Below, one piece after another: positions 44,981 through 54,274 of a stretch of DNA of 54,287 nucleotides (its first letter is position 1; each line of letters starts with the position of its first letter). Under the pieces are notes generated by a model. That model worked only from the letters and a program-made list of their open reading frames with translations, was not told the DNA's origin and did no database searches. A program made the translations under genes and the position numbers. Source of the DNA: a virus (Duplodnaviria > Caudoviricetes); IMG/VR virus record IMGVR_UViG_3300037313_001338, positions 1 through 54,287 of that record; one strand, 5' to 3'.

Positions 44981-45321
44981 TGGCGGCCGTCAAGCCTCTG
45001 CGCAGCAAGCCGCTGACTTTCTCCTTCTGCGGCGGGGACATCTTCTGGCGCGCCGACGGCCGCCTGACCCCGATCTGCGAGGAGACGGCCATCGGCCTGC
45101 GGGCGCTCTACAGCGACGAGTCCCGCGCCGCCTACCGGGCCGGCGACAAGGACGGCTCGGCCTTCGCGGCGGGCCTCTGGACAGAACTCACCCGCGCGCT
45201 GGACGCCCTCGACGCATGGCGCCGGGCCCATCGCATCGCAACGCCGGTCCCTGGCTTCACCACCATCGGCCAGGCGCTGGGAAACATCCTGGCGGGCCTC
45301 AGCCCGGAGGGGCGCTCATGA
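44980..45321 (+). CDS. Hypothetical protein
   Basis: TGATG-coupled. Confidence 0.65.
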   Translation: MAAVKPLRSKPLTFSFCGGDIFWRADGRLTPICEETAIGLRALYSDESRAAYRAGDKDGSAFAAGLWTELTRALDALDAWRRAHRIATPVPGFTTIGQALGNILAGLSPEGRS

Positions 45322-45404
45322 ACCTGAACCTTCTCGGCCAGCTCTACATCCTGGCCTGCCTCGGCCTCGGCGTCGCAGTGCTCATCCACGCGGTGGCGTC
45401 TTGA
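45318..45404 (+). CDS. 28 aa membrane peptide
   Basis: RBS GGAGG; coupled on both sides. Confidence 0.5.
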   Translation: MNLNLLGQLYILACLGLGVAVLIHAVAS

Positions 45405-45661
45405 GTGTCGAGCCCCTGCTTCGCCCCCGGCCCGAGACGGTCGCGGAACGCATCCGCCGCTTGCAGGCGGAAGCGGCCCAGCTCAGCCGCGCTCAGGTCG
45501 GCGTCCTGGCGGACGCGATCTCCGACCTTTCCGCCATGGCGGCTGAAGTGTCGGCCAATCCCGCCCAACCGCCGGGCATTCGTGACCTTGCCGCCCGCCT
45601 TTCCGAGGCGATGGAGGCCCAGGTCTGCACTCTCACCGCAATCCATGCGAGGACGTCATGA
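45401..45661 (+). CDS. Hypothetical helical protein
   Basis: Coupled ORF. Confidence 0.6.
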   Translation: MSVEPLLRPRPETVAERIRRLQAEAAQLSRAQVGVLADAISDLSAMAAEVSANPAQPPGIRDLAARLSEAMEAQVCTLTAIHARTS

Positions 45662-46410
45662 AATTCGACCCGACCTTCCAGGCGCAGGCGGTCCAGAGCC
45701 TGCGCGAATCCATCGCGGCCCTTGGCGAGACCGAGGACACCCAGCTGCTGCTGGACATGATCGAAGGCGAGACCGACTTCTTCGAGATCGTCGACCGCCT
45801 CTTGGCCGAGCGCCAGACCGATCTGGCCCTGGCCGCTGGAATCCCGACGGCGATCAGCGACCTGCAGGCCCGCAAGAGACGCTTTGAGACCCGCGCCGAG
45901 ACCACCAAGACGCTGGTGGAGCAAGCCCTGCTGCTCGCTGGCCTGGATGGCGAGAAGGTGCAACGACCGCTGGGCACGCTGTTCTTCTCCAAGCGCGCGC
46001 CGAGCGTGGTTCTGGAGACCGAGTCGGACATCCCGGCGCGGTTCTGGGATGACGGCGAACCCGTGCTCGCCAAGAAGCGTCTCGGTGACGAGCTGAAGGG
46101 CCGCGCCGAGGCCCTGGCCCTGATCGCGGAGGCCGGCGCCGACAGCCTGGACGCGGCCGTGGCCGAGTTCATCGAGAAGTTCCCGCAGACGCCGGAGCTT
46201 GAGCAGCTGGCGGAACGGGCGCGCGCCTACCTCGCCCTGCCGATCCCGCCGGATCTCGCCGAAGACGCGCCGGGTCCAGCCAAGGCGGCAGCGCTGGAGA
46301 TGCAGATCGCCCGAGACACGGCCTTGGCGCACCTGCGCCAGACCTACGGCCAGGTTCCCGGCGCGTACCTGTCCGAGCCGAGCCGCAACCTCAGCATTCG
46401 GGTGGCGTGA
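45658..46410 (+). CDS. Siphovirus Gp157-family protein
   Basis: DMIEGET, coiled coil, IP..F...P, VPGA.L....LSIR; contains an internal insertion. Confidence 0.75.
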   Translation: MKFDPTFQAQAVQSLRESIAALGETEDTQLLLDMIEGETDFFEIVDRLLAERQTDLALAAGIPTAISDLQARKRRFETRAETTKTLVEQALLLAGLDGEKVQRPLGTLFFSKRAPSVVLETESDIPARFWDDGEPVLAKKRLGDELKGRAEALALIAEAGADSLDAAVAEFIEKFPQTPELEQLAERARAYLALPIPPDLAEDAPGPAKAAALEMQIARDTALAHLRQTYGQVPGAYLSEPSRNLSIRVA

Positions 46411-47456
46411 TGGGAGCCGTCGTCCGCCTCGCCCAGCTGGGCACCTACACCGACCGGCAGCTGGACCTGATCCGCCGCACGGTCGCCAACGACTGCAACC
46501 CTGCAGAGTTCGACCTCTTCTGCGAGGTCGCCCAGCGCACGGGCCTCGACCCTTTCCGCAAGCAGATCAGCGCCATCGTCTTCAACAAGGACGATCCGAA
46601 CTACCGGAAGATGGCGATCATCACGACCATCGACGGCCTGCGCGCCATCGCGGCCCGGTCCAAGCGCTACCGCCCCGACGACGAGGAATATGACCTCGTC
46701 TGCGATCAGGAGCTGAAAGACCCGGAGTCGAACCCGCTGGGCATCGAGAAGGTCCGCGTCCGCATCTACGTGCGCGACGAGGGCGGCGTCGAGTGGCGCC
46801 GCGTCACCGGCGTGGCCCGCTGGGCGGAGTTCGCGCCGCTGCGCGAGGACTGCGCCGCAGGCTTCGAATGGGAGGACACGGGCGAGAAGTACCCGGCCGG
46901 ACACAAGAAGGCTGGCAAGCCCAAGTATCGGAAGGTCCCCAAGGGCGAGACCAAGCTAGTCCTCGATAAGTCCGGCAACTGGGCGAAGATGCCCTCGCTG
47001 ATGATCGCCAAGTGCGCCGAGGCGCAGGCGATCCGCAAGGCCTTCCCCGAGGACACCTCTGGTCTCTACGAGGGCGCCGAGCTCGACCGCGCGCGGGAGG
47101 AGGAACTCACCGCCAGCGAGCGGATCGAGGCCTTCTCCATGGAGCACCGCCTCGAGCGGGCGGGGATCATCAACACCATCATGATGTCGCTGTCGCCGGC
47201 GGCCGGCATCGACGCGGTCCCCATCGGGGCCATCTACGACCGCGTGATGGAGCAGCTGCGGACCTGCGACCTCCGCTGGATGGACTGGTTCGAGTCCACC
47301 AACACCGCCCCGCTTCGCGAATACTGGGCGCGCGCCAAGAGCGACGCCCTGGCGCTGAAGAAGCAGCTGGAGGCCAGGCGCGCCGAACTGGTGCGCGCGG
47401 CCGCCGATGAGGACGTCACCGACGTCGAGTTCACCGATGTGGAGACCGAAGCCTGA
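46410..47456 (+). CDS. bet: RecT/Bet single-strand annealing recombinase
   Basis: EF..F......GLDPF.KQI, IDGLR.IA, W..MP..MI.KCAEAQA.RKAFP. Confidence 0.9.
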   Translation: MGAVVRLAQLGTYTDRQLDLIRRTVANDCNPAEFDLFCEVAQRTGLDPFRKQISAIVFNKDDPNYRKMAIITTIDGLRAIAARSKRYRPDDEEYDLVCDQELKDPESNPLGIEKVRVRIYVRDEGGVEWRRVTGVARWAEFAPLREDCAAGFEWEDTGEKYPAGHKKAGKPKYRKVPKGETKLVLDKSGNWAKMPSLMIAKCAEAQAIRKAFPEDTSGLYEGAELDRAREEELTASERIEAFSMEHRLERAGIINTIMMSLSPAAGIDAVPIGAIYDRVMEQLRTCDLRWMDWFESTNTAPLREYWARAKSDALALKKQLEARRAELVRAAADEDVTDVEFTDVETEA

Positions 47457-47971
47457 TGGCCGGATCGTTGAATAAGGTCACGCTGATCGGCAACGTCGGC
47501 AAAGACCCGGAGATCCGCTCGCTGACCAGCGGCGACCGGGTCGCGAACTTCAGTCTCGCCACGTCCGAGACCTGGACCGACAAGCGCTCCGGCGAGAAGA
47601 AGGAGCGCACCGAGTGGCATCGGGTGTGCTGCTTCAACGACGGCCTTGTGGGCGTCATCGAGAAGTACGTCCGCAAGGGGACGAAGCTCTACATCGAGGG
47701 CGCCCTCCAGACCCGAAAGTGGGAAAAGGACGGTCGCGACAACTACTCCACTGAGGTGGTGCTCCAGCGGTTCAACGGGACGCTGATCCTGCTGGGCGGC
47801 CGGGACGACGGCGAGCGCAGCGACACCCGCGACGACGGCTATAGCCGGGGCGGCGGCGGATCGGGCGGCTACGGCGAGTCCCGCGGCTATGACGAGACGC
47901 GGCCGCGCGAGGACTTCTCGGCCGATCTGGACGACGAGATCCCGTTTCTGACCTGCTGGAGCCTGCGTTAG
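47456..47971 (+). CDS. ssb: Single-stranded DNA-binding protein
   Basis: SLNKVTLIGN.G.DPE, TEWHRV, DDEIPF. Confidence 0.96.
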   Translation: MAGSLNKVTLIGNVGKDPEIRSLTSGDRVANFSLATSETWTDKRSGEKKERTEWHRVCCFNDGLVGVIEKYVRKGTKLYIEGALQTRKWEKDGRDNYSTEVVLQRFNGTLILLGGRDDGERSDTRDDGYSRGGGGSGGYGESRGYDETRPREDFSADLDDEIPFLTCWSLR

Positions 47972-47974
47972 GCC

Positions 47975-48487
47975 ATGGCGGAGCGGGAGACCATGGCCTT
48001 CACGTGGCGCGGGGCGGGCTTCGTGCCGGCCCTGCGCTTCATGGAGCGCGCGCGGGAGATGTTCGCCGACGGCGCCGTCTACTGGCTGTCTGTCGAGCCG
48101 GAGCGGTCTGACAAGACCCACAACCACGAGTTCGCCTGGCTAAGCGAGGCATGGAAGACGCTCCCCGAGAGCATTGCGGCGGACTTCCCGAGTTCGGAGG
48201 CTCTTCGCAAGCGCGCGCTCATCGAGTGCGGCTACTACGACCAGGAGACCATCGACGCCGGCTCCAAGGCCGCCGCCGAGCGCGTGGCCGCCTACGTGCG
48301 CCGACGTGATGCGTTCGCCTGGGTGGTGACCCGCGGCGGCGTGGTGGTGGTCCGCACGGCCCACTCCCAGAGCCGTCACGCCATGGGCGCTGGGGACTTC
48401 CAGCGCAGCAAGCAGGCGGTGCTGGAGTGGGTCTCCAACCTCATCGGCGTGACGCCTGAGCAGCTGACGCGGGCGAAGGCGGCATGA
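47975..48487 (+). CDS. Recombination-region protein (NinB/Orf-like position)
   Basis: RS...H...FA, S...M....F pattern; synteny. Confidence 0.55.
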   Translation: MAERETMAFTWRGAGFVPALRFMERAREMFADGAVYWLSVEPERSDKTHNHEFAWLSEAWKTLPESIAADFPSSEALRKRALIECGYYDQETIDAGSKAAAERVAAYVRRRDAFAWVVTRGGVVVVRTAHSQSRHAMGAGDFQRSKQAVLEWVSNLIGVTPEQLTRAKAA

Positions 48488-48579
48488 CGCCCGCTCGGAT
48501 CATCGAAATGCGCATCCGGATGGCCGCCTTGAAGCGCGTGCGCCAGGCGGCGCGGCAAGGCAGGGGGATGAAGCCGTGA
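48484..48579 (+). CDS. Possible 31 aa basic peptide
   Basis: ATGA and GTGA coupling at both ends. Confidence 0.35.
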   Translation: MTPARIIEMRIRMAALKRVRQAARQGRGMKP

Positions 48580-49280
48580 AGAGGATCCGGGTCATCGACT
48601 ACGAGACTCAGGGCTTCGATCCTGACCACAAGGTCTGCGAGCAGGGCTGGTGCGACCTCACCGACGACGGCTCCGGCTGGACTGTAGGTGACTGGGCTTC
48701 GTCACTCCATGAAGTCGACCACATGCCGCCGCAGGCGCGAGCGGTCCACCACATTTCGGCCGCGGAGACCAAGGGCTTTCCGGTCTACCGTGCAGATGAC
48801 ATGTGGGCGCGCGCCAAGCGGGACGGCGTCCTGGTCCTGGCCAGCCACAACAACAAGTTCGATGCCCAGCACTGGGGCGAACCTCAACTGCCCCTGATCT
48901 GCACGCTGAAGGTGGCGCGCCACCTTTGGCCGGACGCGCCGGGCCACAGCAACGGCGTCCTGCGCTACTGGCTGCAGGACCATGGCCTGATCGAACCTGA
49001 CGAGGCGCTCTGCCACCCAACCCACCGGGCCGGGCCGGACACATATGTCACCGCCCACATCCTGCGCCACATGCTGAGCCTGACCTCGGCCGCCCAGATG
49101 GTCGCGTGGACGAAGCTCCCGCTCGCCTTCCACGTCTGGGGGTTCGGCAAGCACAAGGGCGAGAAGCTCACCGACACGCCGACGGACTACCTCGACTGGG
49201 TCATCGCCAAATCCGACCTTGATGAGGACACCAAGTGGAACTGCCGGCGCGAGCTCGACCGGCGGAGGGCCGCCGCGTGA
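48576..49280 (+). CDS. DEDDh 3'-5' exonuclease (ExoX-like)
   Basis: IDYET, HNNKFD, CTLK.AR, HRAGPD; C-terminal FGKHKG...P.DYL.W. Confidence 0.9.
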   Translation: MKRIRVIDYETQGFDPDHKVCEQGWCDLTDDGSGWTVGDWASSLHEVDHMPPQARAVHHISAAETKGFPVYRADDMWARAKRDGVLVLASHNNKFDAQHWGEPQLPLICTLKVARHLWPDAPGHSNGVLRYWLQDHGLIEPDEALCHPTHRAGPDTYVTAHILRHMLSLTSAAQMVAWTKLPLAFHVWGFGKHKGEKLTDTPTDYLDWVIAKSDLDEDTKWNCRRELDRRRAAA

Positions 49281-49963
49281 CCTTCGTTGACCGCCATTTC
49301 CACGAGAGGCTGGGCGACTATGCCGGACATCGGCAGCACTTGAGCACCCGGGATATCGTCTGGGTGCTGGAGCGGCACGCTCAGGGACTCTCCGTCCAGA
49401 CCATTTCCAATATGGGGCGGATTCCCGTCCCAGACGTCCAAGCGATCATCTTCTCGGGCGCCGAATTGCCGAGGGTCGCGGCAGGGGCCGACGAGGTTCG
49501 AAAGACCGTGGTGAAGTTCCGGCGATCGGCGCCGGACATGCGCGGCGCGGTGACGCTCCCGATGCCGCCGCAGCGGCTGACGATCTACCGCTTTACCGCC
49601 TCGTCTATCCAGGCGGAGAGCTTCGGCGCCTTGAACGTGCGGATGAAACTCTCAATGCAGGTCGATGGGCTCACGTGCCGGATCGGCCCGGAGATCGTCG
49701 GCGCGTCGAACCAGCGGGATATGATCTGTCAGCAGATCGCCCACCGCCACGGCCTCACGGTCGCCGACATGCGCGGCCCCCGGCGCGACCACCATGCGGC
49801 CCACGCTCGACACGAGGTGATGTGGGCGCTGATGAAGACGGGTCGGTGGAGCACCACTCAGATCGGACGCTATCTCGGCGATCGCGACCACACGACCGTC
49901 ATCCATGGCATCCGCCGGTATGAGGCGCGGCTGGCGAAAGCCAAGCTGTCGGCGGCGGCGTGA
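49277..49963 (+). CDS. Protein with a C-terminal DnaA domain IV-like HTH
   Basis: AR...M......S..QIGR.LG.RDHTTVIHGIRR. Confidence 0.82.
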   Translation: MTFVDRHFHERLGDYAGHRQHLSTRDIVWVLERHAQGLSVQTISNMGRIPVPDVQAIIFSGAELPRVAAGADEVRKTVVKFRRSAPDMRGAVTLPMPPQRLTIYRFTASSIQAESFGALNVRMKLSMQVDGLTCRIGPEIVGASNQRDMICQQIAHRHGLTVADMRGPRRDHHAAHARHEVMWALMKTGRWSTTQIGRYLGDRDHTTVIHGIRRYEARLAKAKLSAAA

Positions 49964-50421
49964 TCCGGCTGGGCGACGCAGAGCGCCGGCGCCTGCGGGC
50001 GCTGAAGGCGGAGGAACGGGCCATCAAGAGGCCGATCCTCGACGCCGCGCGCAAGGCCAAGAAGGTCGACGGCCGGGAGCGTGAGAAGCGCCGCGGCAAG
50101 GTCGAGGGCCAGCGCCGCAAGCGCGAGCAGGACCCGGGCTTCCTCGCCTACCTGCGCCGTCAGCCGTGCGAGGCCGCTCATATGGGCGGCTGCAGCGGCC
50201 CCATCGAGGCGGCCCACATCCGGTTCAGCGACGCCAGCAAGGGCGTCAGCAACCCCGGTGCGGGCCGGAAGAACCACGACCGCCACGCAAACCCGCTCTG
50301 CCGGCACCACCACCAGCACGATCAGCACACCCGGTCTGAGCGCGCTTTTTGGCAGGGGCTCGACAAGGACGCCTACGACACCGCCGCGGCGCACTTCGCG
50401 GCCTACCAGAGGGGGAGCTGA
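49960..50421 (+). CDS. DUF968/HNH-like Zn-binding nuclease
   Basis: LRRQPC, EAAH, PLCRHHH, E..FW. Confidence 0.7.
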   Translation: MIRLGDAERRRLRALKAEERAIKRPILDAARKAKKVDGREREKRRGKVEGQRRKREQDPGFLAYLRRQPCEAAHMGGCSGPIEAAHIRFSDASKGVSNPGAGRKNHDRHANPLCRHHHQHDQHTRSERAFWQGLDKDAYDTAAAHFAAYQRGS

Positions 50422-50855
50422 TGAACCGTCGTTCGCTGTATCCGACCGATGAAGACTACGATCACATGCATCACGCGCTCGGTCGTCCGGCCGGCAGCTG
50501 GGTCAAGCCCTACCGCAACTACTTCGTCTGCGAGGCTGGCGGCGCCGATGCGAAGCGCTTCGACGAGCTTGGCTCATATTGGCAGCTGGCTGGACTGATT
50601 AACGGTGATCGGGATGCGGTCTATCGGGTGATGCCCGAGGGGCAGCGCAACGTCATGGCGTGGCTGGCTATCCGAGACCGGGCTTCAGGGCTTCGTCCTT
50701 GGGTCGTCATGGGCGGCGGGATCACCGCGCGCACCATCGTGGCGAAGTCGGCCGCAGCGGCAAAACATGCCGTCTATCTGGAACTGAGCGACGTGGGTTT
50801 CTGGTCGGACTATCGAGCCTTCGTCTCCAGCGGCATCCGCGCGAGGGCCGCATGA
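50421..50855 (+). CDS. Hypothetical protein
   Basis: Coupled; HALG...YRNYF pattern. Confidence 0.65.
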   Translation: MNRRSLYPTDEDYDHMHHALGRPAGSWVKPYRNYFVCEAGGADAKRFDELGSYWQLAGLINGDRDAVYRVMPEGQRNVMAWLAIRDRASGLRPWVVMGGGITARTIVAKSAAAAKHAVYLELSDVGFWSDYRAFVSSGIRARAA

Positions 50856-51166
50856 GCCCCCGCTTCTCCTATATCCACGGCGACACCTACAAGTTCGAGT
50901 TCTGGCTCGTCTTCGGCGCAGACGGCTCCATGCGAATGTCCCGAGGCGCGCCGAGTCTGGCCCGGGGCGAGCGTGGCATGTCGTGCGTCGCCAAGCTTCC
51001 GGCCAGTCTCTTCAAGACGCCCGAGCTCAGGGCCGAGATCACCATTCCGGCTGAGGACGCGCCGTCCGCCTTCCAGATCGACGTCGAGGCCGCGGGCGAG
51101 GCGCTGCGCCAGGTCGTGGGCGTGGACATCGATCTGCGGGTCAATGGACCGGGCCCACAGTCATGA
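50852..51166 (+). CDS. Hypothetical protein
   Basis: ATGA-coupled at both ends. Confidence 0.6.
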   Translation: MSPRFSYIHGDTYKFEFWLVFGADGSMRMSRGAPSLARGERGMSCVAKLPASLFKTPELRAEITIPAEDAPSAFQIDVEAAGEALRQVVGVDIDLRVNGPGPQS

Positions 51167-51927
51167 TCGGCCCCTTCTTCCAGGAAGAGCTCTCCGGCCA
51201 CAAGCGCGTGGACCGGGTCGCGATCTTCTCCCCCTGCCGCACCTGGCGGCTGGCTTTGGGCCGGACCTGGGACTGGTCCAAGCCGCGCCTCTACGTGGTG
51301 ATGGTCAACCCCAGCGACGCGGACGAGGAGAAGGAAGACCCGACCCTCCACCAGCTCATCCACTTCGCCACCCTCTGGGGCTACGGCGGGCTGGGGATCG
51401 CCAACCTGAAAGCCCTGGTCTCGTCAGACCCGAAAGCGCTGGCGATCCACGAGGACCCGATCGGCCCGGGCAACGGCGCCGTCCTGACCTACATCATCAC
51501 ACGGGCTGCGGCGGAGAACCTGCCCGTCCTGGTGGCCTGGGGCAACAGCGGCGCCAAGTACGGCGGCGACCGGGCCTTCATCCGCCAGGCGATGGATGCG
51601 GGCGTGCGCCTCATCTGCCTTGGCCTGACCCAGCATGGCCACCCCAAGCACCCGATGGCGCGCGGCGAACACCGCATCCCGGCCGATCAGCAGCCCGTCC
51701 CGTTCGAGCCGCCGTGGATCTCCGAGACTATGATGATCGGCCACTACACGGCCCAGGTCGGCGCCGACGGCCTGCCGATCTGCGCACGGTGCGACGGCTC
51801 CGGCCGCTCCCCATCGATCATCCAGCCCCGGACCAGCGGACCACACGACGTATCGCAGGCCTGCGCGCTGTGCGGCGGGTCTGGTGTTCATCCCAATCCG
51901 TTCGGCGAAGCCTCGGAGGCCGCATGA
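51163..51927 (+). CDS. DUF1643 protein with C-terminal Zn-finger extension
   Basis: S.CR.WR..L.R.W, M.NPS.AD....DPT, VAWG, G.PKHP; CxxCxGxG repeats. Confidence 0.85.
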   Translation: MIGPFFQEELSGHKRVDRVAIFSPCRTWRLALGRTWDWSKPRLYVVMVNPSDADEEKEDPTLHQLIHFATLWGYGGLGIANLKALVSSDPKALAIHEDPIGPGNGAVLTYIITRAAAENLPVLVAWGNSGAKYGGDRAFIRQAMDAGVRLICLGLTQHGHPKHPMARGEHRIPADQQPVPFEPPWISETMMIGHYTAQVGADGLPICARCDGSGRSPSIIQPRTSGPHDVSQACALCGGSGVHPNPFGEASEAA

Positions 51928-52409
51928 CCCCCCTTCCCCCAACACCAGACCTTATAGCGATAGCGGAGGCGGTCTCTACGCCTGGTGACATCGACAGCGC
52001 GCCAAAGAGCGGAGAGTACGGCTTTAAAGAGGTGGACAAGTGGTACGAGTGCCCCGCTTGCGCGGGCCGCGGCGAGGTTCAGGGCTCCACCTACTGCAAC
52101 TTCGACGACAAGCCGCTTGGCGTGCAGTTCTTTGGGATTGGGGCCGAGCATGGCCAATGGGAGGCGTATTTCCGCGCCTTCCCGCCGCGTGTGGTCCTCG
52201 CCCTCCTCTCCGAACGCGCCTCCCTCCAGGAACGTCTCGCCAAGGCGCTGGGGGCGCTGGAGAGGATCAGCGGTTACGCTCAGCACGACAACGACTGCGG
52301 CGCCAACCTGAACGAGCCCTGCGACTGCGGCTATTCGAGCGCTGCCCGCCTCGCCTCCCAGGTCCACGCCGAACTCACTTCGAAGACCAAAGCAGGGATC
52401 GAACCGTGA
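51924..52409 (+). CDS. Ead/Ea22-like Cys-containing protein
   Basis: CPAC.G.G, P..VLALL.E, H...C......C.CG. Confidence 0.6.
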   Translation: MTPLPPTPDLIAIAEAVSTPGDIDSAPKSGEYGFKEVDKWYECPACAGRGEVQGSTYCNFDDKPLGVQFFGIGAEHGQWEAYFRAFPPRVVLALLSERASLQERLAKALGALERISGYAQHDNDCGANLNEPCDCGYSSAARLASQVHAELTSKTKAGIEP

Positions 52410-52816
52410 AGTTCTACGTCGCTAGCCGGGCTAGCCTGCCCGAACGCCCCGCCATGTGGCGCGATCTGCGCAAGAGCGGAGTCGAAATCACCTCGACGTG
52501 GATCGACGAGGCTGGCGAAGGCGAGAGCGCCTGTCTTACCGACCTCTGGCGGCGGATCATGTGGGAGGTCAAAGAGGCCGACGCCCTGATTCTCTACGTC
52601 GAGCAGGATGACTTCCCGCTCAAGGGTGCGCTGATCGAAATCGGCGCAGCGATGGCCCTCGGCAAGCGCGTTCTCGTGGTCGCCCCTGGCGTCGAGTTGG
52701 AGCCGCGCTCTATGCGCCCGCTCGGCTCCTGGGCGATGCATCCGCTCGTCACCTTCCATGAGACGATGACGCACGCCTTGCAGCACGCCTACGTGCTGCA
52801 CCGAGCAGCTAGTTAG
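52406..52816 (+). CDS. Nucleoside 2-deoxyribosyltransferase-like protein
   Basis: FYVAS, ITSTWID, V.EAD.LI, G.LIE.GAA.ALGK.V. Confidence 0.75.
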   Translation: MKFYVASRASLPERPAMWRDLRKSGVEITSTWIDEAGEGESACLTDLWRRIMWEVKEADALILYVEQDDFPLKGALIEIGAAMALGKRVLVVAPGVELEPRSMRPLGSWAMHPLVTFHETMTHALQHAYVLHRAAS

Positions 52817-52839
52817 AACCCCGAGATAGGGATCGAACG

Positions 52840-53064
52840 ATGAAATTCTACCGCATCGACTGGTACGACAGCGAGCCTAGTGCTCAGCAGACGGATTGGG
52901 CCACTACGCAGCGCGAGGCGAACCGCATCGGCGTCGAGGCGGGCACAAGCTCGCGGGTGACGATGGTGCACGTGCCGACCAACAAGGCGGGGCTCCTGGC
53001 GTTCCTGAAGGAGCACATCTGGTGCGACGCTGGTCGGTCCATCGAGAACGCCAGCGACCGTTAG
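52840..53064 (+). CDS. Hypothetical protein
   Basis: ORF track; RBS AGGGA. Confidence 0.6.
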   Translation: MKFYRIDWYDSEPSAQQTDWATTQREANRIGVEAGTSSRVTMVHVPTNKAGLLAFLKEHIWCDAGRSIENASDR

Positions 53065-53137
53065 ACGACTGAGACAGTCCTCGAACCATGACCGCCCCCA
53101 TCGTCCACGCCGAACTCCATCCGAAGGACAAGAGCGA

Positions 53138-53344
53138 ATGAGCGGGAAAACCCTTCACGGCGAGCTGGCCGGCGCTCACCCGAAGCTCACGCGCGGCCAG
53201 GTGTGGTGTACGCGCTGCGGCGCGACCCAGAAGGTGAACACCGCTGGCGCCCTCCGCCATGGTTGGCCGAAGTGCTGCGGCTACACGATGACGATCGACA
53301 GCCCGGAAGAGCGCGCCGCCCTCAAGGACCAGTCCCATGGGTGA
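53138..53344 (+). CDS. Zn-ribbon protein
   Basis: VWCTRCG...GWPKCCG.TM. Confidence 0.65.
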   Translation: MSGKTLHGELAGAHPKLTRGQVWCTRCGATQKVNTAGALRHGWPKCCGYTMTIDSPEERAALKDQSHG

Positions 53345-53567
53345 GGTGAAGCTGACGAAGGCGCAGCGGCGCGCGCTGGAATGGTTCTCCGAGCGGCCTG
53401 AGGGAGCGCAACTATTCGGTCGCGGAGATCCGTCTCTGACATTCGTGCGCCAGCTGTGCAAGGCGGGCCTCGTCGACCGCATTCCGCCGCCTTCCCCGGG
53501 GTTCAGTCGGTACGTGCTGTCCTCCGCCGGCCGAGCTGCCCTCACCAAGGAGGGCGAACGTGGGTGA
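53337..53567 (+). CDS. Small winged-helix-like protein
   Basis: LT.AQ..AL...L...GLV......Y.L...GRAAL. Confidence 0.6.
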   Translation: MGEVKLTKAQRRALEWFSERPEGAQLFGRGDPSLTFVRQLCKAGLVDRIPPPSPGFSRYVLSSAGRAALTKEGERG

Positions 53568-53799
53568 GAAGCTGACCCCACCGTGGCGGCCGGCTTACTA
53601 CGCCGGCCCAGACTACGAGGTTCCCGACGACGCCTATGGGGATGAGTTCGGCCCCGACGGGGAAGACGGCGACCCTTGGGACGACTGCGGCCTCATGCCC
53701 GACGGCCAATGCACCAAGGCCGGCTCCGAGGAATGCGACTGGGATTGCGGCCGACTGCACCGCCGCGCCCTCACCAAGGACACCCCCGACCATGGATGA
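53560..53799 (+). CDS. Acidic Cys-rich small protein
   Basis: CG...DGQC.KAGSEECDWDC. Confidence 0.6.
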   Translation: MGEKLTPPWRPAYYAGPDYEVPDDAYGDEFGPDGEDGDPWDDCGLMPDGQCTKAGSEECDWDCGRLHRRALTKDTPDHG

Positions 53800-54274
53800 C
53801 CGACACGAAGCGGTGGAGCTGAAGCCTGACGTCTGTCCGTTCTGCGGCGAGGCGGACATTGCGTTCCTCTGCACCGGCGCGGCCGGCGAGTTGCGCTTTG
53901 GGGCCATGTCCTGCCACGAAGGTTGTTCGGCGCGAGGACCTGTCTCGACTGAGGCCGAAGCCCTCGCGGCCTGGAACCGTCGCGCTCCCGATCCTTCCCT
54001 CTCCGCCGCCCAGGCTGAGATAGAGAGGCTGAGGGGGGAGCTGCAACGGCAGGCCGCCCAAACACTGAAGGCCACGGCCGCCAAACATGAGGCGGTGAAG
54101 GCCACGCAAGCCTCCCAAGCCCGCGTGGCCGCGCTGGAGGCGGGGCGCGACGAGATCGCGAAGATGCTTCGCTCCGAACTCGTGGGCCGCACACACGGCG
54201 CATACGACCGCGGCGTCCGCGCCGGCCTGAACTCGGCGCTCGCCGCCCTCTCTCCCGAGGCCTCCCATGACTGA
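53792..54274 (+). CDS. Lar-family (restriction alleviation) Zn-finger protein with coiled coil
   Basis: LKP..CPFCG...C...C.A.GP....EA.AAWNRR. Confidence 0.75.
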   Translation: MDDRHEAVELKPDVCPFCGEADIAFLCTGAAGELRFGAMSCHEGCSARGPVSTEAEALAAWNRRAPDPSLSAAQAEIERLRGELQRQAAQTLKATAAKHEAVKATQASQARVAALEAGRDEIAKMLRSELVGRTHGAYDRGVRAGLNSALAALSPEASHD

